Of a DNA stretch of 64,000 nt, positions 1-14,655 are shown one piece after another (positions within the stretch are counted from its first letter, which is position 1; each line of letters starts with the position of its first letter). A model generated the notes under the pieces. The model made no database searches. It saw only the letters and a list, made by a program, of their open reading frames with translations, and was not told the origin of the DNA. Made by a program: the position numbers and the translations under genes. The stretch lies in assembly GCA_009914755.4 (NCBI GenBank), contig CP068257.2, forward strand, positions 11,904,001 through 11,968,000, written 5' to 3'. Source of the stretch: the human T2T-CHM13v2.0 reference genome, Homo sapiens.

Positions 1-3000
1 ACAGAAATGTGGTGACCCCAAGGTTTGCAACAACTACATTTACCCTCATTTAATGTTCTGCCTCTATGCTTTCTTTGTCCTTATCTAAAGTGACTGTGCC
101 AGTAAGCACTAGCACACATGCACAGGGCCTGAAGAAAACTAGATCCAAAGAAATGTAAATCCAGCAATGGGTCTAAGAAAATTAGAATTTTGTTTTCTCT
201 AATCTTATACTTCTTCCTTTTCTTGAAAATTTTTATGTCCAAGGTTTTCAAATTCCATACAACACAATATTTTGCCAAAATTATCCAATATTTTAATTAT
301 CACTACACAGTACTTGACCATACAACAGACATAAGTGGGTAAAACTGCCCAGATATAAAAATAGCTTGCTTTGGGATGTTATGGAAACATATCCCATTAG
401 AGCTGCAGAAAGACTTAGGAAATCTACAGAGAAGAGCAGGCGACAAAGACAAAAGTAAATGTTGTGGCACAGAGTGAGTGCCCAGGAAATTTGATGAGCT
501 TAATTGAGGAAAGGAGCCCAATCGTTAGCCCAGACTGATAGACCACATTTCTTCTTCACATCTTCTAATTTTCACAGGCATTTCAGTTCTTCTGTTTCCA
601 AATCTAGTCCTCCTTTAGTCTCCCTTAACCAGGGTAACAGCATTTGTATTCCCGCAGTGGCTTCAGCCAGAAACTTCTCTCCTTCCATTTTCTTACTCCC
701 ACTTCCATCAAAGCTTTCTATTACAGTTTCCCTTGTCTAAACCTTCCCTTTCTTTCTCCTTAAACGTTTCGAAGGGCTTCTAATAATCTCCAACTCTCTG
801 CACTGATTTTTTTCCAGTCAATTTCTCCTGAATGCTCAGAGCAGTCTTTAAAAATAAGATAAATCTTTAAAAATAAGATAAATAAGTCAAACAACTTTAA
901 AATGATAAACATGCAGTCATTCCTCTGTATACATGGGTTCTGTGTCTATGGATTCAATCAATCACAGATCAAAAGTATTTAGAAAAAAACAATTCCACAA
1001 ATCTTCAAAATCAAAACTGAAATTTGCAACACACCAAGTACTACATTGAATTCACTTAAACGAAGTGATATGTAGACATTGTATTAGATATTATAAGTAA
1101 TTTAGAGATGATTTAAAAGTATATGGGAGAATGTGCATAGGTTATATGCAAATGCTACACCACTTTATACCAGGGACTGAAGCATCCATGGGTTTTGGTA
1201 TCTGCGGGCATCTTGGAACCAATTCCCCATAGACACCAAGGGACCATCATAGTCCCCATTGCTCTAGAAATATAATCCAGTCTCCATAATGAGCCCTTGA
1301 TATCCTGTATTTTACATATTAACCTTCAGCTTCATCTCTTCTCACTCATTGGTCATTCACTAAAGTCCTGCTTTCATTTTCTGAAACACATAATCCATTT
1401 CCACTTCAGGGAGTTTCCATTTCTCTCTTGTCTGCCTGAATATTGTTTCCTTCGGCTCTTCTATTGTATATCCTTCTCACTGGAACTAAATAAAAGATTA
1501 TTCATTACACAGAGCAGAGAGAGGCTTTTTCTGAGCACCATTCCACCCTCTTCACTCCTTTGTTTTTTCTCATCTCACATTATTTACTACCTTCGTAACA
1601 CTCATTAAACTTTTAATTTGCTCGTTTGATTTTCTTACATGTTTTTGTTTCTCTCTCCTTCCTGCATCTCCACTCCAAGACTGTGGGACTCGTGGGGAAA
1701 AACTGAGTGTCTTAGGATCACTATCATCACCCCAACACCTGGCCCAGAACCTAGCAAATAGTAGATGCCCACAGAATATTATTGATTCACTGAATAAATG
1801 AGTGTACAAGCGGCTGCGAGGTGGTTACTTTTTACCTTTCAAAAATACCATAAAACTCTTTTTTTTAAAAAATGAGAATGTTATAATGGGGTCATACATA
1901 TGTTTTTATTGACACTGGCTTCTTTTACTCAACATAATGCCTTTGAGATTCACCCCAGTTACTCTGTGAATCAATCGTTGGTTCCTTTAAATTGATGAGT
2001 GGTATTCTGCACTGACTCTGGACTTGGCCATGTGTCTTGTTCTGCTGAAAGGAATAATAGCACAAGAGAGTTTTGCATTGGGACTGCCCTCTATTGTTAC
2101 TATTGGAATACTGAGGCCACCATGGAATTGAGCCTAAGCCAGTCTTTTGGAAGACAAGAAGCAATGATGTCCTGGTAAATGTTTAGGAGCTGGTTCTTGG
2201 GGTAAGGGGGCAGAGAAGGCTCTGATTTGTAGTATTTTCCAATGTCTGTGGTACAAATACTCCCACTATGGCAGATTTCAAGCCACCAAGTGTATAATAA
2301 CTACCTCACAAAACCCCTGATAATGTAAAACAAGCTCTCATTCAGGTATAAGTCACCTCCAGCTGATGACAGATGAGAGACCATGTAGAGAGAATTTGGG
2401 GCCTGGCTGACAGTAAACCAGCTCATGTTGCTAACCTGGAGGCTACCAGACATATGAGGGTTGTCAGTATAGATTTTCCAGCTCACCCAGACTTACCAGA
2501 TATCCTAGTAGAGATCAAACATCTTGGCCCAGACCAGAAAAGGTACTCATCTGGTTTGTGAACAAATATAAAATGGTTCCTAGTTTAATTCAATACATTT
2601 TGAGGTGGCTTAATATGGAGCAAAATCTAATAAATACAATTGGCTATCATTTCATTCCATATCACCTATGGGTATCTTGAATATTATAAATAAACAAATG
2701 ATAAGCAGTTTCTGAAAAAAAATGAGTCTGCAAGTCACCACGAAAAGTAGTAAAATTTTTGTTTTACTGAGATAAGTGGCTACGTTGTTGTCATATTGCT
2801 AGTGTACCGCTAGGTTCATGTGGAACTCGAATTATTTTTTTTAAACAGTGAAAATACAGGTTGTAATACCAGGAGTAAAAATAAACTGTCGATGCTAGCA
2901 TCCCATCCTTGTTGATGTTGCATTTTTTTCTTTTCATTATATGTTGTTGTGACTATTGTTATAGAAAATTTCACACAACTGTCCTCTAATAAACTGTATG

Positions 3001-4544
3001 TTAATACTAGTGGTCAGTGTTGAGAACCAGACCCAAAACTGAAACCAAATATTTGAAATACAAAGATTTAGAGATGTTCTGCTCCTTTTCTTTTAAGAAA
3101 AAACAGAATTTAAATCATCCTGGTGGCACAATAGGAGCTGAGCTAATTTTTTAAATTGAATTTTAATGCCGGATAATTTGCATAGAAATGAACCGAAATA
3201 GACCACTCAGAATTAGGTCCCTTCTTGTACAGTTGGACAGTAAGGAGATTTCACCATTATGGACCTATGTAATGATAAGGGGAAGGAAGCACAGAAAACA
3301 GTCTTGATGATCATTCTCACACCCTAGAACAAGATATTTGGATTTTCTTCTTGACATGGGCTCTTAGGATATGTATATATGTACTGTATAAATTCATTTC
3401 TACTTTGTAAAACCAAACCCATTCCCATTAGTATGAATTCCTTCAACTTTCTCTCTGAAGTATCTAACTTTCTTAACACATCGTCTCCCAACTATAAATT
3501 CATCTCTTCCCATTTATACCCTAAACTCTTGAAATCAACTATTACATCATGTCAGTTGTCCCCAGGTCATCATTTCCCATTGATTTCTCTTGAAGTTTTC
3601 TTTAGTTGTTTGTTTCATTCTCCACCCTTTTCTATTCTAGGCCCCTGTTGGCTCATTATCATGGCTACATTATCTGGGCTTTTCTGCCTCTAGCCTTTAT
3701 TGAGATTGGAGAATAAAAGGAGCTGGCAGGAGATTAGAGGGAAAAAGGAGAGAAAGGTCTGGATTTTACTCAGTTTCTCCTCCCTGCCACTTCACTAGAA
3801 TTCTTCTAGTAATCTATCCTTGAGTATTTATACCTTGTAGGTCCCTTTATGGCTCTAGCTCTCAACAATTTCTGACCATCTACTTGTCTCTCCAGGCCAA
3901 GAGTAATAAAGCTTCCTGCTGGTTCTGGTGTTAGGATGCCTCATTTAATCCTGCCAAGATTTTTATAGATAGTTGATTCTCATATTATGTTGAAAACCTT
4001 TGCCAAATAGGTTTTATGTTTTCTTCTGTGGCCTTGACTAATACACTTCTTGACCCATTGTAATGGGTCTGCTTCTTGCTCAACACTTACAAAAATGTGA
4101 CCCACCAAGCTATTTCACTAAATAAATGGCTTCTGGTTTTAGGGGGAATTTTGTCATTCTCCTGTGAGAAGGTGTTAAAGGTACTTTTTTTTTTAATAGC
4201 ATGCTTTTTTTTTCTGTATATTTTTCTATATATTCAATTACCTACTGAGCATCTCCACTTGTTTTCATATGCACACTTCAAATTCATTATGGACAATATT
4301 CAACTTATCTTTCCCTTATGTAACAATTCATAAAGACATTTTTTAAATGAATGAACTCCTGGAGTTGTGTATTGTCTTGCTAGCTCCTCAAGCAAGAAAA
4401 TTTTACACCAATTTTGTTTCTCCCTTACAGTCAAATGTAGTCAAGTAATAGGCATTATCTATATAATATTACCTATGTAACAAACCCGCACATGTACCTC
4501 TGAACTTAAAATAAAAGTTATTAAAAAAAAGAAATGCTGCTGAT

Positions 4545-7330
4545 ATTTTTGGTTGATGCTGTATCCTGCAACTTTACTGAATTTATTTATCACTTCTTAG
4601 AGCTTTTTGGTTGAACCTTTATATAAAATCTATGTATAAAATCATGAAATAGAAACAATTTGACTTCCTTCTTTCTGAATAGATCCTTTTTATTTATTTT
4701 TCTTGCCTAATTTCTCTGGCTAGGACTTTAGTACTACGTTGAATAAAAGTGGTGAAAATTGGCATCTATGTCTTGTTTCAGATCTTAGAGGAAAAGCTTT
4801 CAACTTTTCTCCAGTTAGCTGTAGTTTATCATTTTTGGCCTTTATTGTGTTGAGGTACATTTTGTTGAGAGTTTTAATCAAACAGCATTGTTGAATATTG
4901 TCAAATACTTTTTCTGTTTATCAAAGTGATAGATTAGCTTGTGTCCTTGATCCTGCTAATGTGCTATATCACATTTATTGTATTATGTAGGTTGTATTAT
5001 CTAGAATGAATCCCATTTGATCATGGTGAATGATCTTTTTAATGTGCTGTTGAATTTGGTTTGCTAGTATTTTCTTAAGGATTTTTGCATCTATTTTTAT
5101 CAGAGATATTGTCCTGTCATTTCATATTTTGTTGTGTCCTTGACTGGTTTTTGTATCAGTTATGCCAGCATTGTAGAATGAGTTTGGACGAATTCTCTCA
5201 TCTTCAATTATTTTGAAATAGTTTGAAAAGTATCGATAACATCTTTTAAATGTTTGGTAGATTTCAGTAGTGAAGCCATCATATCTGGAGCTTTTCTTTG
5301 ATGGGAGACTTTTTATTATAGATTCTATGTTGTTGCTCACTATTGGTCTCTTCAGATTTTCTACTTTTTCATAATTCAATTTTGGTAGGTTGTATATGTA
5401 TATGTTGGCATGTAGTTGTTCATAATAGTCTCTTATAATCCTTTGTATTGCTGTTACATCAGTTGTAATGTATACTTTTTTATTTCTGATTGTATTTGAA
5501 CCTTCCATCTACTTTTCTAAGTTAATCTAATTAAAGGTTTGTTTCTGTTCAAGGATTTCTGTATTGTTTTAGTCACTATTCCACTTATATCCACTCTCAT
5601 TTATTTCTTTTTTCTACTAATTTTGTGTTTGTTCTTGTTGTTCTAGTTCCTTGAGGTATGAGGTTAGACTGTTTATTTGAGATTTTTTGTATTTTATGGT
5701 GTAGGTGTTTATTGCTGTAAACTTCCCTCTTGGAACTGCTTTTGCTGTATTCCATAAGTTTTCATATACTGTGTTTCCAATTTCATTTGTCTCATGAAGT
5801 GTTTGAATTTTCTTTTTAACTTATTCATTAATCCATTTGTTATAGAGGAGTATGTTGTTAAATTTACATGTATTTAAATGGTTTCTAAAGTTTTTACTGT
5901 TAGTGATTTCTAGTTTTATTCCATCATGGTCAAAAGAGATACTTGATTTTGATTTTTACAGATTTGCTGAGATTTGTTTTGTGGCCTAACATCTGATCTA
6001 CCCTGAAGACACTTCCATGTGCTGATGAGGAGAATGCATACTCTTCAGCTGTTGAGTGGGATGTTCTGTGTATATCTGGTAGGTCCACATGATCTAGAGT
6101 GCGCTTTATATTTGTTGTTTTTTTTTTGCTGAATTTTTGTCTAGATGATCTGTCCTTTGCCAAAAGTGAGATATCGAAGTCCTCTGTTATTATTGCGTTA
6201 GAGTCTATCTCTCCCTTTACATCTAATAATATTTGCTTTATATGCCTGGGTGTTCTGGTTTGAGATTCATATATATTTGTAGTTGTTATATCCCCTTACT
6301 GAATTGACCCGTTCATCATATCATGACCATCTTTGTCTCTTTTCACAGTTTTTGACTTAAAGTCTATTTTATCTGATCTAAGTATAGCTACTTTTGCTCT
6401 CTTTTGATTTCCATTTGCATGGCATATAGTTTTCTCTTCTTTATTTTTAGTCAATATGTGTCCTTACAGGTGAAGTAAGTCTCCTGTAAGCAGTATATAG
6501 TTGTATGTTTTTAAAATGCATTCAGCCATCTTTTAATTACAGAATTTAATACACTTATATTGAAGGTTATTATTAATAGTTATGGATTTACTGTTGCGAT
6601 TTTGTTCATTGTTTTCTGGTTATTTTGTAGGTCTTTGTTTCTTTCTTCCTCTCTTCTGTTTGCTTTTGTGGTTTCATGGTTTTATTCCATTCTCTTTTTC
6701 ATTTGCATATATGCTGTAACTTTTTTCTTTTTTGTTACTCTGGGGCTTACATAACAAATCTTATAGTTCTAAAGGTTTATTTTAAGCTAATAACAATTTA
6801 ACTGATTGCCTGCAAATATTCTAGACTTTTACCCTCCAACCCAATTTATAATTTTCTTGTCTTAATTCACATCTTTTATATGGTTTATTTCTAAAAAACT
6901 TATTGTAGCTATGGTTATTGTTGACCATTTTGACTTTTAACCTTCATACTGTATACCACCACTACAATACTGTAGCACTCTGAATTTAATTATGAGTTTA
7001 CTTCTACCAGTGAGTTTAAATACTTTCATGGTAGTAATTAACATCCTTTCACCTCATGGTGGCAATTAACATCCTTTGAAACCGTCTTTTAAGCATTTCT
7101 TGTACAGCTGTTCTAGTGGTGATGAATTCCATCAGCTTTTGCTTGTCTGGGAAAGACTTTGCTTCTCCTTCATATTTAAAGAATAACTTTGATGAGTATA
7201 CTGTTCTTGACTAGAAGTTTTTTTTTTTCTCTCAGCACTTTGAATATATTATCCCATTCTTTCCTGGCCTGCAAGGTTGAGAAATATTCTGAGAAATATG
7301 CTGATAGTCCAAGCAGCAAGATAACAGCCA
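4545..7330 (-). mobile_element. Old L1 (L1M/L1PB-like) fragment covering ORF2, antisense to the + strand; may extend to about 8300
   Basis: - strand ORFs 5122-5508 (reverse-transcriptase N-terminal region) and 5930-6163 (endonuclease region). 7100-7330 matches the reverse complement of the ORF1-end/ORF2-start region. A short + strand L1 3'-end fragment lies at about 4455-4530. 7330-8300 is probably the older L1 5' region but I did not confirm this. Confidence 0.6.
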
Positions 7331-8954
7331 TGAAGTCCCATATAGGGGGATTTCCTCATAAGAAAATGTCTTAGGCTGCAGGAGTTTGTGAGGCTGCTGT
7401 GCTAGCTTGGGTACAGCCTCATCACTGGGCATGAGTGCCTGTTCCTTGGGGAACAGGGTGCCACATGGGCTCAGGTGCTAAGGTTACAGCTGTTGTGCTG
7501 GTCCTCGGCTCTGAGTAGATGGAGCCAAGATACCGCAGTCACTGGGATGGAAAGATGGAGTGCCTTCTTGGCAGTTTGTTTCCATGGGGTTAGAAGTTGT
7601 AGCTGCTCAGCTGCAGAATGGTGCGCTACCATGAGTAGGTGTGGTGTAGTGGCAGTGAAGCCTAGGATATGGGAAGATAGAGTGGCTACTGGCCCCCAAA
7701 TGAGAAGGCACCCTAGCAGTGGCTTCAGTCTCAAGATGTCATTACACTGCAGCAGCTTCGATAATAGGGCAGGATGAGACATAATGTGAGCTCCTTGTTT
7801 GGAGTAACATAGACATGTGAACTCCAGGCAACTCCTCAGGCTGGGCCTAGGACCTGTAAGGACTACAGTGATCTCCAGGAGCAAAGATTGTGGGTGTCCA
7901 CATTTTAATTTGTGTTGCTAAGGGCCTCCTGCATACCTTTTCTCTGTAAGGAGAGTCTGCCCTGGCTCTGACCTCATCCCACTAGGAGAGAAAAGATGGT
8001 AAAGGCAGAGTGTTCCATTCCCTTTTTTATATGGCCATCCTGAGTCTCCGTGATCCACATGGTCTCTGCCATTTCCTTGTTGTACTCCAGGGCTCTCTTT
8101 CATATATTTTAGTTGAAATGTGGTTATTTATTTGTTTCTTTGGTCCTTTTGTGTGGTGGCCGGGGAGGAGGTTGAGTGTTAGGAACTTCTAGTCAGCTAT
8201 CTTATTGGTGTCACTTCCTCTTGCATCTTCTTGATTTAAGATTTATTTAGGATCCCAGAGTCTTCTGCATCCTCTTGGCAGACAAAGGACTAAAGAGTTA
8301 AGGCAGACTTCATTATTACTATGTTAGTCAAATTATTTCTTTTTGTTGATAAGAATATGATATTTTGTTGGTAAGAATAGGACATATGGCCTTGCTTAGA
8401 AGAAAGGTGACTAAGAATTGTAGTTCTGGAAGGGGAGCTATTTTCCAGTAACAGCTCTACACTCTAGAAGAAGATATAAGAAAATTGATGAATACTTAGT
8501 TCCCTGTAATTTACTCTGTCTCCTATAATCTGAGATTTTAATTTCTCCAGTGCAGTGTTTATCTGATTATCCTTTGTAGATAATTTCCTTTGTAAGTAAA
8601 GTTCTGTACTAGGGAGAACTTCACTTTTCTTCTTTGTCTACTAACATACTTCAGGCCTCAGATTTGTCTTACCTGCTCTTAAGTCTTTATCAAAGCAATT
8701 TAGACTCTATAGCTATTTGTTTAACCTACCTTTTCCACTAGGACTGGGAGATTTTTCATTTTTCTCATCATTAAATTCCCAGTAGTTAGCAGAAATTCTG
8801 GATAGAATAAAAACTTTATTAATATTTGTTGAAGAAATTCATACATCACTTAAGCCTGTTCTTTACGCATTTAATTTTTAGTAAACTCTTTACTGAGGTG
8901 TAACAGAAACATAAAAAATCACAAATCATAAGTGTATGTATAGTTTGATGAATG

Positions 8955-9360
8955 ATGAATCACCATTGTATTAGTTTCCTACAGTAACAAATTACTGCAC
9001 ACTTGGTGGCTCATAAGAACAGAAACATATTTTCTCTTAGTTATGGAGGACAGAAATTCAAAATCAGTATCACTGGATCAAAATCAAGATGTTAACAGGG
9101 CCACACTTCTTTCAGAAACTCTGGAGAAAAATCTGTTTCTTGCCATTTCCAGCTTCTGGTGTCCGTGAGGATTCCTTGGCTATTGGCCACATCACTCTCA
9201 CATCTTCAAATCTCTTTGCTCCAACTTTATATCAATCTACCACTTTATGTATAAGGTCTCTCTTAGCCTTCCTCTTACACAGATACATGTGATTGAATTT
9301 TAGGCCCAGCTAGATAATCCAGGATGATCTCCAGATTTCAAGATTCATAAATTAAGCACA
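8955..9360. repeat. Ancient interspersed repeat (MER/LTR-like; ..cagaaattcaaaatcagtatcactggatcaaaatcaagatgttaacagggccacacttc..)
   Basis: Resembles a common mammalian-wide repeat family. I could not assign the family. Confidence 0.3.
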
Positions 9361-10744
9361 TCAACAAATACCCCTTTTTTCAAATATAAGGTAAAATTTA
9401 TAAATTTCAGGAATGAAGACATGAATACCTTTTGGGAGACTACCATACCTTCACATGAACTCAGCCACATGACTATTTAATAGATTGATCTAAAGAACAT
9501 TACCAGCCCCTAAGTTATTCTTCCTTTTAAACTTTCTATCAGTTTTTGACTTTGTTAACTGAAGAGTAATTAGTCCCCTGACTTCTAACAAAATGGATTA
9601 CATTTGCCATTTTAGAATTTATATAAAGTAATACAGTTTGTTTTAACTATTGTCTGACTTTTTGCTCAGCATACATCTATGTTTTGGTGTACAATTATAG
9701 TTCTTTTATTCTCGTTGTTATATGGTAATCTATTTTATTAATATACCAATATTTAGTCTATTGTTGGGCATATGGCTTGTATTACAGTTCTGCTACTAAT
9801 AGAACTGCTATGAATATTTCATACATGCCTTTTAGTATATATTGTATGTTGGACATACAACTAGGAGAAAATTAGTAGAATTAGTGTGTGGTAGAGTAGT
9901 ATATGTGTGTTCACTTTTGGTATATTCTTCCAGCTTTCCAAAACGATTGTATAAATGCATGTTTCAGTAATAGTCTGTGAGAGTTTCTGTTGCTCCACAT
10001 CCTAATTAACATCTAGGAGAGTATTACTTTTTCAGTTTAGCCATTCTGATGTATATAAATAAATATTGCATTAAAATTTCAATACGTATATGAATAATTA
10101 TTAATACAGTTAAGCAAACTTTCATATGCTTATTGAGCATTTGAATATCTCCTTTTGTAAAGGGCTTATCAAGTTTTTGCCCATTTATCCATTAGTCTGC
10201 TTTTTTCTTACTGATTTATGAGCAGACTTTTAGTATTTTCAATATAAAGTTTAAAAGGAGGAATATCTTGGGGGCTGCTTATATGCTTAGTAAATTTCTT
10301 TTTCCAAATTATGAGCTGCATTTTCACTCTCATAATGTCTTTAATGATGATTATGTATTTTAATGAAGTCTAGCTTGTCATTTTTTCTTTTAAGTTTAAA
10401 ATAATTTGTCATATTTAAGAAATCCTTGCATATACAAAAGTCATGAAAACATTCTCCTATGTCTCCTATATCATCTTCTAAAAGCTTTATTTTTATTTAT
10501 ATAGAGATATATATTATTCTGAATTATTTTTGTGAATTTTGTGAATTTAGAGCCAAGCTTTTTTGTAGTTGTTTGTTCAAGGTAGGAGTATAATTGCCAA
10601 GCATCATATTTTTGTTTCTTCTCTTCATTATCCTATTTCTCATAGATCAGGTAACTATATACTTTCTTTTTGTTCCCAGAATCTCTAATGTGTTTCACTA
10701 GCATGTTTCTTTTTTCTTTACCAATACAAGATTTCAATATATAG

Positions 10745-11190
10745 TCTTTTGTTTAACTTTTATTTTTATTTCAGGGGTATACGTGCAGGTTTGTTTTATA
10801 GGTAAATTATATGTCACAGATGTTTGTTATACAGATTACTCTGTTACCCAGGTAATAAGCATAGTACTCAATAGGTGGTTTTTGGATTTTCCCCCTTCTG
10901 CCACCCTTCTCTCTGTAGTAAGCCCCAGTGTCTATTGTTTTCTTTTTCATGTCCATTCCTACTCAATGTTTAGCTCCCACTTACGAGTGACTACATGTGG
11001 TATTTGGTTTTTTTGTTTCTGTTTCTGTGTGTCTTTGCTTAGGATAATGGCCTTCAGCTTCATCTATGCTGCTGCAAAGGACATGATATCATTCTTTTTT
11101 ATGGCTGCATTGTATTCCATGGTGTATATGTATCTTGTTTTCTTCATACAGTCTACTATTTATGGGCATCTAGGTTAATTCCATGTCTTT
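10745..11190 (-). mobile_element. L1 3'-end fragment (- strand)
   Basis: Reverse complement of the L1 3'UTR and ORF2 C-terminus. ORF 10783-11178 is the familiar antisense-L1 pseudo-ORF (..LLRIMAFSFIYAAAKDMISFFFMAA..). Confidence 0.7.
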
Positions 11191-11499
11191 GGAAATGCAA
11201 AGAGGCAAGAATAGTCAAGAAAGTTTCAAAGGATGACATAGTCTACCATATATGAAGACTTCTTGTGTCTTTTTTCAAAATTTGAAGAAAGTCTTGATAT
11301 ATGCAGTGTATGCCTGCCTTCAGAATTTCTTTGGATATTCTTACCTCTTTGTATTTGCATATAAATTTTAGAATCAGCTTGTCAATTAGCTCAAATATAT
11401 TATTAGAAATTTGATTGAGATTGCATTAAATCTATGGATCAATTTGGGAAAAATTAACCATTATCAAACAACATTGCTAAATGCACTAGTTAACCTTAA

Positions 11500-12103
11500 T
11501 AGCTTAAAATATTTTCTACATATATACAGACATACAGAAATGTGTATTATATATATACAGAAAAAAATGTTTTTCTAAAATTATATTCAACTCTTTCAGT
11601 TATTTTTAAATACACAATGAATTATAGTTAACTATAGTCACCCTATTGTGTTACCGAATACTAGACTTTATTCCTTCTAACTGTATTTTTGTACCCATTA
11701 ACCATATCCTCTTTATATCTCCCTCCCCACTACCCTTCCTAATCTCCAGTAGCCATCATTCTACTTTCTCTCTCTATGAGTTCAATTTTTTTTAGCTGAG
11801 ATATGAGTGAGAAATATGAGTGAGAACATGTGATAGTTGTCTTTTCATGCCTGATTTACTTCACTTAACATGATGTCCTCCAGTTCCATCCATGCTTTGC
11901 AAATAACAGGATTTTATCATTTGTATAGCTGAAAAATATTTCACTGTGTATGTGCACCACAGTTTAATTATCCGTTCATCCATTGATAGACACTTTGGTT
12001 GATTCCATATTTGGCTATTGTGAATAGTGCTGAAATAAACATGAGAGAGCAGATATCTCTTCAATATACTGATTTCCTTTCTTTTGGATATAGACCCAGG
12101 AAT
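11500..12103 (-). mobile_element. Old L1 3' region (- strand)
   Basis: Reverse complement of the L1M/L1PB ORF2 C-terminus and 3'UTR. It abuts the Alu at 12104. Confidence 0.6.
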
Positions 12104-12332
12104 GAGCCATCTCGGCTCACTGCAAGCTCTGCCTCCGGGGTTCACGCCACTCTCCTGCCTCAGCCTCCCGAGCAGCTGGGACTGCAAGCACCCGCCACCA
12201 CGCCCGGCTAAGTTTTTGTATTTTTAGTAGAGACAGGGTTTCACCATGTTAGCCAGGATGGTCTCAATCTCCTGACCTCGTGATCCGCCTGTCTCGGCCT
12301 CCCAAAGTGCTGGGATTACAGGCGTGAGCCGG
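12104..12332 (-). mobile_element. Alu (3'-truncated, - strand)
   Basis: Reverse complement of Alu: ..ggctcactgcaagctctgcctcc...cccaaagtgctgggattacaggcgtgagcc. Confidence 0.85.
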
Positions 12333-12339
12333 AAAAAAG

Positions 12340-13440
<1,101 letters not shown>

Positions 13441-13589
13441 AAGAACACAAAGAAAATCAATTATACTAAACTGTGGTATTCAAATATTTTTTCAATGGTG
13501 ATATAGTAATACAAGTGCTTTCTGAACACACTGAATAAGATCTAGTGAGAATCTAATAGCTAAACCAATTTTAAAATAGTAATGTTCCA

Positions 13590-14655
13590 TAAACAGAACT
13601 AAAAACAAAAACCACATGATTATCTCAATAGATGCAGAAAAGGCTTTCAATAAAAGTCAGCATTCCTTCATGATAAAAACACTGAACAGACTAGACTTTG
13701 AAGGAACATACCTCAAAATATTGAGCCATATATGACAAACCCACAGCCAACATTATACTGAGTTGGCAAAAGCTGGAAGCATTCCACTTGAAAACTGGCA
13801 CAAGACAAGGATGCCCTCTCTCACCACTCCTATTCAACATAATATTGGAAGTTCTGGCCAGGGCAGTTAGGCAAGAGAAAGAAATACAGGGCATTCAGAT
13901 AGGAAGAGTGGAAGTCAAACTATCCTTACTTGCAGATGACATGATCCGGTATCTGGAAAACCTCATAGTCTCAGCCCAAAAGACTCTTAAGCTGATAAAC
14001 GACTTTAGCAAAGTCTTGGGATACAAAATCAATGTTCAGAAATCACTAGTATTCCTATACATGAACAACAGTCAGGCTGAGAGCCAAATCAGGAATGAAA
14101 TTCCATTCGCAATTGTCACAAAAAGAATAAAATACCTAGGAATAAAGCTAACTAGGGAGGTGAAATATTTTTACAAGGAGAACTACAAAACACTGCTCAA
14201 AGAAACCAGAGATGACACAAACAAATGGAAAAATACTCCATGCTCATGGATAGGAAGAATCTATATCTTTAAAAGGGCCATACTGCCCAACGCAATTTAT
14301 AGATACAGTGCTATTTCCATCAAACTACCATTGACATTCTTCACAGAACTAGAGAAAACTATTTTAAAATTCATATAGAACCATAAAAGAGACTGAATAA
14401 TCAAGGCAATCCTAAGCAAAAGTAACAAAGATGATGGCATCATGCTCCCTGAATTCAAACTATATTACAGGGCTACAGTAACCAAAACAGTTTGGTAATG
14501 GCACAAAAATAGACACATAGACTAAGAAACAGAATAGAGAACCCAGAAATAAGACCACACACCTACAACTATCTGATATTTGACAAACCTGACAAAAACA
14601 AGCAATGGAAAATGAATTCTCCATTCAATAAATGGTGTTGGGATAACTAGCTAGC
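13590..14655 (+). mobile_element. L1 ORF2 fragment (older subfamily, + strand)
   Basis: ORF 13788-14378 shows reverse-transcriptase motifs ([19 protein letters not shown]) and the region downstream of RT ([12 protein letters not shown]...). Confidence 0.7.

Noticed and set aside
7471-7884. 137-aa - strand ORF and overlapping 100-aa + strand ORF
   Set aside because: They lie in the region that continues the antisense L1 beyond ORF2 (7330-8300; probably the old L1 ORF1/5' region). They show no similarity to known protein folds. I treat them as repeat-derived.
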